DNA from: a virus
Lineage: Duplodnaviria > Heunggongvirae > Uroviricota > Caudoviricetes
Direction: 5' to 3' (one strand)
DNA: 37,380 bases
IMG/VR virus record: IMGVR_UViG_2718218398_000011
Notes under the pieces: generated by a model
What the model was told of the DNA's origin: nothing
What the model saw: only the letters and a program-made list of their open reading frames with translations
Databases searched by the model: none
Part shown: piece after piece, positions 20,078 through 29,297 of the stretch
Position numbering within the stretch: the first letter of the stretch is position 1
How the letters are laid out: every line of letters begins with the position of its first letter
Program-made: the position numbers and the translations under genes

Positions 20078-21136
20078 TTATGCTCCGGCTTCTGCGGCGG
20101 CGGCGCTGAAGTCGCCAATCTGGATGTTTTCCACCAGTGCTGCGCAGCGGTAGTCCTCAACCACATAGGCTTCGTTAACGGATTCAAAGTTTTCAATCCG
20201 GTCACGTTTCGGGTTGTCGATAACCGAACGGCGGCGGGTGTCCTCCTGCCAGTAAATGGACAGGTTATCCAGACGGGTGATCAGCAGCGCATTCGGCGGG
20301 AAGAACGGCGCACGCACGGCCTGCAGGCCACCCATGCGTTTCTGACTGATGATCATATCGGCAGCCAGTTTTTCACTGTTTTCCTGCTCTTTGTTGACCA
20401 GCGGGAAATATTTGTCAGACAGCAGCTCACGACCGCAAATCACCACCAGATCGTCATCGTCCTGGTAGACCACGTCGATAAGCTCATTGACAGCATCCAT
20501 CACCACGGCGTCCAGGTTGGCATATTCTCCACCTTTGCCGACTTTCACCGCGCCCGGTGTGGTTTCACCACCCGTGGTGGTGCTGCCCATGACGTGATCC
20601 GGTGCATCCTCACGGATTTTCTGCAGCCAGCCTTTGTTCACATCCTGCAGCAGCGGGTTTTCACTACGGTTGGAGGTTTTCGCACGCTTCACGCCGTTAA
20701 AGCCGATCATGATGCGGTCCAGTGCCTGACGTTTCACGATGGCGTCACGGATACGCACCTGGAAATCCTGAAACTTCGCCCACAGGTCCAGCTTCGCGTA
20801 GGTCAGCACCGTGTCAAAGTTGGTCTGTTCACATTTGTATTCCACATCGACCATCAGCGTCGGATCGACAGGTTCACGCTCTTTCGCGGTGGTATCAGTG
20901 GTTCCGGCAATGGTGCTGCCAACACCCAGCCCCAGCAGCTGACCGGACTGCTCAGTCACTGGCGTGACGTTAATCAGCGTCAGGAAAGCGGCGGACTGCT
21001 GGATCTGGTCTTCCAGCGTCTGCTGCACAGACGGCTCCACAGTGAACTTGCTGGACAGTTCTTCAACTGCCACACCGTTCAGACGCGCCAGCTGCTGCAG
21101 GTAAGCGTTAAAAGCAAAACGGGTATTCTTCTTCAT
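20078..21136 (-). CDS. N: major capsid protein N
   Basis: 352 aa, P2 gpN-like. Confidence 0.9.
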   Translation of the reverse strand: MKKNTRFAFNAYLQQLARLNGVAVEELSSKFTVEPSVQQTLEDQIQQSAAFLTLINVTPVTEQSGQLLGLGVGSTIAGTTDTTAKEREPVDPTLMVDVEYKCEQTNFDTVLTYAKLDLWAKFQDFQVRIRDAIVKRQALDRIMIGFNGVKRAKTSNRSENPLLQDVNKGWLQKIREDAPDHVMGSTTTGGETTPGAVKVGKGGEYANLDAVVMDAVNELIDVVYQDDDDLVVICGRELLSDKYFPLVNKEQENSEKLAADMIISQKRMGGLQAVRAPFFPPNALLITRLDNLSIYWQEDTRRRSVIDNPKRDRIENFESVNEAYVVEDYRCAALVENIQIGDFSAAAAEAGA

Positions 21137-21152
21137 TGGGTTTTATGCTCCA

Positions 21153-21986
21153 TCAGCAATTGGTCAGAGTGTCAGCGGGGGCGTTGCCGCCTGTTGCACG
21201 CTGGCGGTAGTCCTGGCGGCTGTCTTCATGACTCAGCTTATCCACCAGTTCGTTAAAGGCGGTTTGCTGCTCCTGCAGGGAAGTCTCCAGCTCAGACAGG
21301 CGTTCTTCCTGTTCAGACAGGGATTTTTCGGTGCGCGCACTCAGGTTTTGCTGTTCAGTGGCGACCAGTTCCACGGCCTTATGCACATCAGAGAACCGGG
21401 CATCATCGGACTGCTCTTTTTTGGTAAACAGCGCCGTGACACGGGCAAACAGGGACGGTTTGTCGTCCTGGACTTCTTCCAGTTCGATCACCGTTTCCTC
21501 TGCAGCGGTAAAGAGATTGGCGGGGTTCTGCTTGCGGTTTGCCAGCGGGTTATGGGCTGCACTGGCGCTGAATGTCAGCATTTCAGTGCCCAGACTGGCA
21601 GGGTCATCAGTGGCAGCCAGGCCAACCAGGTAGGCTTTGCCCGTATCAGCGAACTTCGGGCTGACTTCCATAGAGGTGAATAATTTCTGGCCTTTTTTCA
21701 CCAGCTCCACCAGGGACTCCGTTGGCTCAACGTCGGCATACAGCGCCATCTTGCCTGCCAGTGGACCTTCCGTGATTTCTTCAGCAAACAGCGCCGTCAC
21801 CTTGCCGTAGCGGTTAAAGGTGCTGTCCGGCAGATAAGACTTGATGTGCTCAAGGTTAATCAGCGCGGTATACACCGCCGGGTTGTAGCTGGCTGCCATC
21901 TGTTCCAGCCATTCTCGCTGGATTTCGCGTCCATCGGTGGTGGCACCTTCCACCCCGATGCGAAAACGCTTTGCTTTCACTGTCAT
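21153..21986 (-). CDS. O: capsid scaffolding protein O
   Basis: 277 aa, P2 gpO-like. Confidence 0.9.
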   Translation of the reverse strand: MTVKAKRFRIGVEGATTDGREIQREWLEQMAASYNPAVYTALINLEHIKSYLPDSTFNRYGKVTALFAEEITEGPLAGKMALYADVEPTESLVELVKKGQKLFTSMEVSPKFADTGKAYLVGLAATDDPASLGTEMLTFSASAAHNPLANRKQNPANLFTAAEETVIELEEVQDDKPSLFARVTALFTKKEQSDDARFSDVHKAVELVATEQQNLSARTEKSLSEQEERLSELETSLQEQQTAFNELVDKLSHEDSRQDYRQRATGGNAPADTLTNC

Positions 21987-22062
21987 GAGCCGTGCTCCGT
22001 TAGAAAAAACTTACTGGAGCCTTATGGTTGCGGTGATGGGGGCAGTGAAACAATGCGCGGTA

Positions 22063-22084
22063 TTTGTACCGACAACCACACAAA
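22063..22084. promoter_or_regulatory. candidate Ogr site in the divergent O/P promoter region
   Basis: TTTGT-N12-ACAAA dyad in the 142-bp O/P intergenic region; a TGT-N12-ACA match alone is expected by chance about once in this length, so support is weak. Confidence 0.3.
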
Positions 22085-22128
22085 CCGCAGGCGGGGAAAG
22101 CCTTCATTCAAGGCTGTAGGTTTGTGCC

Positions 22129-23895
22129 ATGAACACCACACTGACACCCGCAGATCTCGATCCCCGTCGGCAGGCCATGCTGCTGTACTTTCAGGGATAC
22201 CGCGTCGCCCGCATTGCTGAAATGCTGGGCGAGAAAGTTGCAACCGTTCACAGCTGGAAAAAACGCGACAAGTGGGGTGACTATGGGCCGCTGGATCAGA
22301 TGCAGCTCACCACCGCCGCACGCTACTGCCAGCTCATTATGAAGGAGCACAAAGAAGGGAAAGATTTCAAAGAGATTGACCTGCTGGCGCGCCAGTCTGA
22401 GCGCCACGCGCGGATCGGCAAGTTTAACAATGGCGGCAACGAAGCTGACTTAAACCCTAACGTCGCCAACCGCAACAAAGGCCCGCGCCGTCAGCCGGAA
22501 AAGAATGTCTTCACCGATGAACAGATTGAGAAGCTGGAAGAAATCTTCCATTCCTCCATGTTCAACTACCAGCGCCACTGGTGGGAAGCCGGAAAAACCA
22601 ACCGCATCCGCAACCTGCTGAAGTCACGCCAGATCGGCGCGACCTTTTACTTTGCCCGTGAAGCCCTGATTGACGCCCTGCTTACCGGACGTAACCAGAT
22701 TTTCCTTTCCGCCAGTAAGGCACAGGCCCACGTCTTTAAGCAGTACATCATCGACTTCGCCAAAGAAGTGGATGTGGAACTGAAAGGCGATCCGATGGTG
22801 CTTCCTAACGGGGCCACGCTTTACTTCCTCGGCACCAATGCCCGCACGGCCCAGAGTTATCACGGCAACCTGTATCTGGATGAATATTTCTGGATACCGA
22901 AATTTCAGGAGCTACGCAAAGTGGCTTCCGGTATGGCTATTCACAAGAAATGGCGGCAGACCTATTTTTCCACACCATCCAGCCTGACCCACAGTGCTTA
23001 TCCGTTCTGGTCCGGTGCGCTGTTCAACCGTGGACGCAACAAAGCCGACAAGGTGGACATTGATCTGTCCCACAGCAATCTGGCCCCCGGCCTGCTGTGC
23101 GCTGACGGGCAATACCGCCAGATAGTCACCGTGGAAGATGCGGTGCGCGGTGGCTGTAACCTGTTCGACCTTGACCAGTTGCGCATGGAATACAGCCCGG
23201 ACGAATACCAGAACCTGCTGATGTGCGAGTTTGTGGACGATCTCGCGTCCGTGTTCCCGCTCAGCGAACTACAGGCGTGCATGGTGGACAGCTGGGAAGT
23301 CTGGACCGACTTTCATGCACTGGCGCTGCGCCCGTTTGGCTGGCGCGAAGTGTGGATCGGTTATGACCCGGCAAAAGGTACGCAGAACGGCGACAGCGCC
23401 GGATGCGTGGTGGTGGCACCGCCAGCCGTGCCGGGCGGTAAGTTCCGCATTCTTGAGCGTCACCAGTGGCGCGGGATGGACTTCCGCGCCCAGGCTGACG
23501 CCATCAAAAAACTGACTGAACAGTACAACGTGACATACATCGGTATCGACTCAACCGGCGTCGGTCACGGGGTTTACGAGAACGTGAAAGCGTTTTTTCC
23601 TGCCGTCCGGGAGTTTGTCTACAACCCCAACGTTAAAAATGCCCTGGTACTCAAGGCCTACGACATTATCAGTCACCGCCGTCTGGAGTTTGACGCCGGA
23701 CACACCGACATAGCGCAGTCATTTATGGCAATCCGTCGCGCCACCACCGCCAGCGGCAACCGCCCGACCTATGAAGCCAGCCGCAGCGAAGAAGCCAGCC
23801 ATGCCGATCTGGCGTGGGCAACAATGCACGCACTGTTTAACGAACCGCTGCAGGGCGAGTCCGCCAATACCAGCAATATTGTGGAGATTTTTTGA
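22129..23895 (+). CDS. P: terminase ATPase (large) subunit P
   Basis: 588 aa, P2 gpP-like. Confidence 0.9.
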   Translation: MNTTLTPADLDPRRQAMLLYFQGYRVARIAEMLGEKVATVHSWKKRDKWGDYGPLDQMQLTTAARYCQLIMKEHKEGKDFKEIDLLARQSERHARIGKFNNGGNEADLNPNVANRNKGPRRQPEKNVFTDEQIEKLEEIFHSSMFNYQRHWWEAGKTNRIRNLLKSRQIGATFYFAREALIDALLTGRNQIFLSASKAQAHVFKQYIIDFAKEVDVELKGDPMVLPNGATLYFLGTNARTAQSYHGNLYLDEYFWIPKFQELRKVASGMAIHKKWRQTYFSTPSSLTHSAYPFWSGALFNRGRNKADKVDIDLSHSNLAPGLLCADGQYRQIVTVEDAVRGGCNLFDLDQLRMEYSPDEYQNLLMCEFVDDLASVFPLSELQACMVDSWEVWTDFHALALRPFGWREVWIGYDPAKGTQNGDSAGCVVVAPPAVPGGKFRILERHQWRGMDFRAQADAIKKLTEQYNVTYIGIDSTGVGHGVYENVKAFFPAVREFVYNPNVKNALVLKAYDIISHRRLEFDAGHTDIAQSFMAIRRATTASGNRPTYEASRSEEASHADLAWATMHALFNEPLQGESANTSNIVEIF

Positions 23896-24923
23896 TGGGA
23901 AAGAGTAAGAAGAACCGCGCTGTGTCGACGAACCAGATTCAGCACAAAAGCCAGACTTCAGCCGAAGCATTCAGCTTTGGCGATCCCGTTCCTGTTCTGG
24001 ACCGCCGCGAACTGCTGGACTATGTAGAATGCGTACAGACAGATCGCTGGTATGAGCCGCCAGTGAGTTTTGACGGACTGGCGCGAACCTTCCGCGCTGC
24101 CGTGCATCACAGTTCACCAATTGCGGTGAAATGCAACATTCTGACCAGTACCTACATCCCTCACCCGCTTCTCAGCCAGCAGGCTTTTTCACGTTTTGTG
24201 CAGGACTATCTGGTATTTGGTAACGCTTACCTGGAGAAACGCACGAACCGGTTCGGTGAAGTTATCGCCCTTGAGCCTGCTCTGGCAAAATACACCCGAC
24301 GTGGGTTAGACCTGGATACCTACTGGTTTGTGCAATACGGTATGACAACCCAGCCGTATCAGTTCACGAAAGGCAGCATTTTTCATCTGATGGAGCCGGA
24401 CATCAACCAGGAGATCTACGGCCTGCCCGGCTATCTTTCTGCCATTCCATCCGCCCTGCTCAACGAGTCCGCCACGCTGTTCCGCCGTAAGTATTACATC
24501 AACGGCAGCCATGCAGGCTTCATCATGTACATGACCGACGCCGCGCAGAATCAGGAGGATGTGAACAACCTCCGCAACGCGATGAAAAGTGCCAAAGGTC
24601 CAGGCAACTTCCGCAACCTGTTTATGTACTCGCCTAACGGCAAAAAAGACGGGCTTCAGATCATCCCATTGTCAGAAGTCGCGGCGAAGGATGAATTTCT
24701 TAACATCAAGAACGTAAGTCGGGATGACATGATGGCGGCGCATCGTGTGCCGCCGCAGATGATGGGGATAATGCCAAACAATGTTGGGGGGTTTGGGGAT
24801 ATAGAAAAAGCCAGTTGCGTTTTTGTGCGAAATGAGTTAACTCCTTTACAAAAAAGACTTGTAGAAATTAATATTTGGCTAAAGAAAAAAATAATAGCCT
24901 TCAAAGATTATTCATTGAATTAG
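23892..24923 (+). CDS. Q: portal protein Q
   Basis: 343 aa, P2 gpQ-like; the last ~30 codons are AT-rich. Confidence 0.9.
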   Translation: MMGKSKKNRAVSTNQIQHKSQTSAEAFSFGDPVPVLDRRELLDYVECVQTDRWYEPPVSFDGLARTFRAAVHHSSPIAVKCNILTSTYIPHPLLSQQAFSRFVQDYLVFGNAYLEKRTNRFGEVIALEPALAKYTRRGLDLDTYWFVQYGMTTQPYQFTKGSIFHLMEPDINQEIYGLPGYLSAIPSALLNESATLFRRKYYINGSHAGFIMYMTDAAQNQEDVNNLRNAMKSAKGPGNFRNLFMYSPNGKKDGLQIIPLSEVAAKDEFLNIKNVSRDDMMAAHRVPPQMMGIMPNNVGGFGDIEKASCVFVRNELTPLQKRLVEINIWLKKKIIAFKDYSLN

Positions 24924-24934
24924 ATAAAATGTGT

Positions 24935-24952
24935 GGGGGATGAAAATCCCCC
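24935..24952. terminator. hairpin between convergent Q and the KAP NTPase gene
   Basis: gggggat-gaaa-atccccc, a 7-bp G/C stem with a GAAA loop in a 35-bp intergenic gap. Confidence 0.4.
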
Positions 24953-24957
24953 CCAAA

Positions 24958-26610
24958 TTACAAATACCGTCTAACACGTATTTTATTAATGCTCGACTCA
25001 TTTCCAATTCTTATCAAAGCATTTCTCGCTTTTTCTCCGATGCGTTTCATTCTTTCTGAACCATTGCTATACCCACCAAACTTAAGAGCAGTAGCTATTA
25101 TTGAATCACCACCATCAAGAATGACTTTTTTAAATAAATCATAGTAGTCATCCTCTGAGGCAGCATCCAATATTTCCTCGTGCCTATCAGACCAACCATT
25201 CTGACTTGATAATTTTATTAGAACATCCTTTATAGAACCATCCAGATTTAAAGTAGTAGAATAATCTTGGATTTTTGACTTTAACTCAGCATCTTTTATA
25301 GGATGAACATTCATGTAAATAGATTGAACATATTCCTTAAGAGCATCATTGCCGTAATTAATAAATTTACTTATTAATTCACTTGCTTTAATATTTTCAC
25401 CTAAATCTCTATACAGTCCGACAACACTATCCAAGTCACTTGGAGTTACATACTCTATCCCACCAACCACCGCTTGATATAGATTATCAATAACCTGATT
25501 TCGGTTATCTTCAAATGAATTATAGAAAAGCTTCCATGCTTCAAACAGTGAACCTCGCTTACTATCACGGATAAGTTCATCATTCCTTAGACTTACTTGC
25601 CTTTGGAAATTGTTCATATCAATATATCCATGCCTTACCATGTCTATAAGGACTTCATCAAGTTCGTTTGTTTTTTTATAATCATATATAAGCAAAGTAT
25701 TAAGCCATTTTTTTTCTTTTCCATCCTCTTTTTCATCACGCATATAGATATTTCTCATATTTCTAATATACTCCAATGATGGTACATCTCCATCTGGAGT
25801 AAATGCGTAATGACTCCAACAATACAAAGTTAAGGAGTGTGCGACTTCATTTGCAATTTTTTCAAAATTAACGTTAATGCCAGGTAACAAGGCTAGCAAA
25901 AACCGCTCTATTTTTTTCAGTATCCTAATATTCTTAATACCCAGGGAAATGGAGTATTTGCTTAATAATTTATGAACATCAGAATTATTTTTATATGCTA
26001 TAACTGCACATTCTTCTGGAGTAGGATTATAGGTAATCTCTCTATCAATAACCTTTTCTTTATAAGTGGAGTAGTCATCCATACCACTTGTCCCGTTATT
26101 AAGTAAAAGAACCACCTTACAATTTTTTTGTTCTTTCAATAAAGAAACCAACCCTAAGACATCTTTCACTTCTAAATTTTTACCACGTCTTTCTAAGTCA
26201 TCTATGACTACAATAACATTAGTAATTGACATAAATGACATTGACTCAAGTGTCGTAGTGAAATTTTTCAAAAAAGGTGTATCTTTTAACACACGAGCGG
26301 TCTTTCTAGTGCAGGATTCAAGAAGCCCCTTTGCATTTTGTGTTGCTGTTTTTAAATTAGGTTTGTTTCCAATGAAATCTTTCGTAATTGTATTTTCAAA
26401 GATGGAGTATTTTAATGCGTCCAATGAATTAACACCAAAAAGAGAGACGTAACTATATCTATTAAATGCAATCTTATTTTTATTTTCCTTTAAGAAAGCA
26501 TTCCAAGTATAGGTTTTCCCAATCCCCCACTCACCCTGAATAGCCATTACCTCAGGTTCTGCAGATGAAATAAAGTCTGACAACTGTTCTTTAATATAGT
26601 CTAATGACAT
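24958..26610 (-). CDS. KAP-family P-loop NTPase (cargo; candidate anti-phage protein)
   Basis: Walker A GEWGIGKT and Walker B VVIDDLERR in KAP-type arrangement; start placed at MSLDYIKEQL, which has GGAGA six nt upstream (track ORF starts at 26640); strongly AT-rich. Confidence 0.7.
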   Translation of the reverse strand: MSLDYIKEQLSDFISSAEPEVMAIQGEWGIGKTYTWNAFLKENKNKIAFNRYSYVSLFGVNSLDALKYSIFENTITKDFIGNKPNLKTATQNAKGLLESCTRKTARVLKDTPFLKNFTTTLESMSFMSITNVIVVIDDLERRGKNLEVKDVLGLVSLLKEQKNCKVVLLLNNGTSGMDDYSTYKEKVIDREITYNPTPEECAVIAYKNNSDVHKLLSKYSISLGIKNIRILKKIERFLLALLPGINVNFEKIANEVAHSLTLYCWSHYAFTPDGDVPSLEYIRNMRNIYMRDEKEDGKEKKWLNTLLIYDYKKTNELDEVLIDMVRHGYIDMNNFQRQVSLRNDELIRDSKRGSLFEAWKLFYNSFEDNRNQVIDNLYQAVVGGIEYVTPSDLDSVVGLYRDLGENIKASELISKFINYGNDALKEYVQSIYMNVHPIKDAELKSKIQDYSTTLNLDGSIKDVLIKLSSQNGWSDRHEEILDAASEDDYYDLFKKVILDGGDSIIATALKFGGYSNGSERMKRIGEKARNALIRIGNESSINKIRVRRYL

Positions 26611-26670
26611 GTACATTCTCCGAGATAGATAGTCATCCATATTATAACCCGAGTACTATCAAAGTAATAA

Positions 26671-26696
26671 GCGCGCGCTCGTATCCCCGCCACGCC
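26671..26696 (-). other. candidate cos site (cohesive-end region)
   Basis: Minus strand reads GGCGTGGCGGGGATACGAG CGCGCGC, resembling the P2/186 cohesive end as I remember it (GGCG[A/T]GGCGGGGAAAGCA.. followed by GCGCGC); a G-rich block in an AT-rich island at the expected map position. Confidence 0.4.
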
Positions 26697-27039
26697 TGCC
26701 CGCTTTATGTAGTGGTTTTCATGCACCTGCACGACATAAGCAAAAGCACGCCAGTTCTGGCTGGCCTCAGCAAAAACGATCCTCTAACGATCATGCGATC
26801 TCATGCGTCATAGTCATGCACAGCCAAGGGAAGCGTAAATCCGTATCTGAATGACCGCTGAAAAGCTAATCATACGGGTTTACAAAGATGAAAGTCCGCT
26901 GTGAGCGAAAAGCGGATATTCCCATTGTTTTATCTTGATCTAGTAAAAACAATACCCCCTTTACAAACAAAAATAATGAGTTACTATTTTCAGCTCCTTT
27001 TAACCCAAAGGTTTATAATTAAAAAGGAATGGCATACCG

Positions 27040-27693
27040 ATGAGTAAATACAAACTTTTCGCACAGCTATCAAGATATTCACTTGAAGCGCAGATTGATG
27101 ATTTCGAAAAATATATCCTAGGAGCAGGCGGCCAAAACAGAGTTGACTTAGCGGAATTAAAAAAAGCATATGAAGATGAAAAAAAGAATGCTCCTGACGA
27201 TTATATTAATTACTTAGAAGACTATTATTCAGAGCAATATGATTTCTTAGTTAACATACAACCAAATATTTTTAATAAATCTGCTTTGGTATCTTTATAC
27301 TCATGCTTAGAGCACAACCTAAACGACTATTGCAATATATGTCAAAGGATTGTAAACACCAATATATCAGTAACCGATTTTAATGGTGATGGCATCCACA
27401 AAGCAAAAAGATATTTAACAAAATTAATGGATATAAACTTTGGCCTGTCACAAGAGTGGCAATTCATGACAGAGTTTAACAAAGTAAGGAATTGCATAGT
27501 TCATGCTAATGGAGACATTAAAAAAATGAGCACAGCTGTAGCCTTAAAAAATATCATTGATAAAACACCTACTCTTTCATTAAACAATGAAAATAATATA
27601 ATAATCTCCTTAAATTATTTAAAAGATACTATCACAAAAATTAGAAAACTCTTTCAATGGTTATATACACATCTGGATCAATCATCGAAATGA
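27040..27693 (+). CDS. hypothetical protein with HEPN-like RNxxxH motif (cargo; candidate abortive-infection RNase)
   Basis: 217 aa; EFNKVRNCIVHANG at residues about 146-158 fits the Rx4-6H HEPN signature; AAGGAA ribosome-binding site; AT-rich. Confidence 0.5.
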   Translation: MSKYKLFAQLSRYSLEAQIDDFEKYILGAGGQNRVDLAELKKAYEDEKKNAPDDYINYLEDYYSEQYDFLVNIQPNIFNKSALVSLYSCLEHNLNDYCNICQRIVNTNISVTDFNGDGIHKAKRYLTKLMDINFGLSQEWQFMTEFNKVRNCIVHANGDIKKMSTAVALKNIIDKTPTLSLNNENNIIISLNYLKDTITKIRKLFQWLYTHLDQSSK

Positions 27694-27793
27694 ATACGAT
27701 AACATCTCAGTTTGTTATTGGTCTATTTTTGAAAACAGCTATCGATGATATTAGTCTGTTCTTCGTCAATTAATATGCAATCCATTCATGACA

Positions 27794-27815
27794 CAGGGCT
27801 GCTGTTACAGCCCTG
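27794..27815. terminator. hairpin between the convergent HEPN-like and Abi_C-like genes
   Basis: cagggctg-ctgtta-cagccctg, a perfect 8-bp stem. Confidence 0.35.
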
Positions 27816-27942
27816 ACAACCTTAGACTTCAATCGATTCAGAGATCTCTAACGCATCATCACCCGTTGAACTCACAGCGATAAGTAGACGCTGGCGGCAA
27901 CACAGAAGTGTAGCGGGAATTTGAACCACATAATTTGGTTTG

Positions 27943-28809
27943 TTAGATGGCTTTGCTTCGATATTCAATTTCTAAAATCGCCTTTGTCATTGCCGCAATA
28001 GTTATAGCTTCTACCATAGTCAATTCAGGCTTGTTCAAGCTTCCGTGTCCAGCAGTAGGTAATTTGTTGCGTAAATCATAAATATCTTTAACAGCATCAA
28101 TAAGATTCTTAGGTAATTTTGACATTTTTTCGAACTGTTTAAAAAAACCACCCAATGACTCATTTGCCACATTCGGGTTTTGAGTGATTTCCTTAGCCAT
28201 AGTTTCTAAAATATTAGAGGCTGCGTGCAGTGCACCTGCCGGATCATTATTATCCAAGCAATTATTCATTCTATCTATTTGCTGAACGATATTTGGGTGC
28301 AATCTTTTTAAGTAATCACTAGCCAATTCTTCATTAAAATTTTTGACACTTTCAAAAACATCGCAATCTAAATAAAATTTAGGATTGACTGACATCCATG
28401 TATATTTCCAATCATTTTCTAAATTATCTTTTTCCGCAATACGCCTGCCAGTGTCCTGATCTATCTCATCAACATATTTACACATATAATCGGCGTAGTA
28501 GTGTAAATATCTAAATGATATTTCTGGGCAAAAATTACTAACTGATGCAAGGCCGCCATATTCTTTTGTAGTAACTGTAGGGACTTCTTCATCACATAAA
28601 GATGAGAAAGTGGTTCTTTCCCAAAATTCGCCCAACTCTTTTTCTTTCCTAGTTGCCATACCAGCTATCACATTGATGCTTGAGAGCAAAACTACACTCT
28701 GATAGTATCGAGGACATCTGTATGAACTAGCATATGGGCATATTGATGATGCTTTACGATTAATACGCTCTTTTTCCCACCAATTTTTATCAGGAATAAT
28801 TCTTTGCAT
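27943..28809 (-). CDS. hypothetical protein with Abi_C-like C-terminal domain (cargo; candidate abortive-infection protein)
   Basis: 288 aa; the C-terminal ~100 aa (ALHAASNILETMAKEI ... DLRNKLPTAGHGS ... ITIAAMTKAILE) resemble the Abi_C/HEPN-type domain as I recall it; AT-rich. Confidence 0.45.
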   Translation of the reverse strand: MQRIIPDKNWWEKERINRKASSICPYASSYRCPRYYQSVVLLSSINVIAGMATRKEKELGEFWERTTFSSLCDEEVPTVTTKEYGGLASVSNFCPEISFRYLHYYADYMCKYVDEIDQDTGRRIAEKDNLENDWKYTWMSVNPKFYLDCDVFESVKNFNEELASDYLKRLHPNIVQQIDRMNNCLDNNDPAGALHAASNILETMAKEITQNPNVANESLGGFFKQFEKMSKLPKNLIDAVKDIYDLRNKLPTAGHGSLNKPELTMVEAITIAAMTKAILEIEYRSKAI

Positions 28810-29297
28810 AATTTAGCTACTATCTCACGAGTGAATGAATGTTTAGCCTTCTGCACAGTTTATCAGTTCCGGCATGCCTACTGCTACCCCACTGATTCAA
28901 CTTCAAGTTATGAGTTAAAGCGATTCGGTTTCGCTAGATGACACACTAGTGTTAATTTATGGATAAAAATTTATCACTTAAAATTAACTAATGCCTGTTG
29001 CGACCAAAAGTGTGCTGGAATATTATTTTCGTCTGACCTATTATCAAGCTAATTATCCAAATTAGAGTTACTCTCATTCATCAGCAACAAATAAATACAC
29101 CTGTTCACTTTCTCAAAGTGTTCCTGTTTTATTTTTAAAGCAAACAACGCCGCCTATTCGTCCGAATGTACAACAAACATCAGGTTCTGACACAAAGTGG
29201 ACGATCACTTATCAAAATGACCGCCCACCTTACACCTCATTTCACTCGTTGCCCAAACTCCCCCCAACAGGATAAATCCTCTTGGGGGCAACGTTTC

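Noticed and set aside
19745-21256. 503-aa plus-strand ORF
   Set aside because: Antisense to capsid genes M and N, which are confidently assigned; His/Gln/Arg-rich shadow ORF.
22110-22127. Second TGT-N12-ACA match in the O/P region
   Set aside because: It overlaps the P start codon and lacks extended dyad symmetry; consistent with chance.
26604-26813. 69-aa plus-strand ORF across the candidate cos region
   Set aside because: It overlaps the KAP gene start on the opposite strand, has no ribosome-binding site, and the region is better explained as the cos/packaging site.
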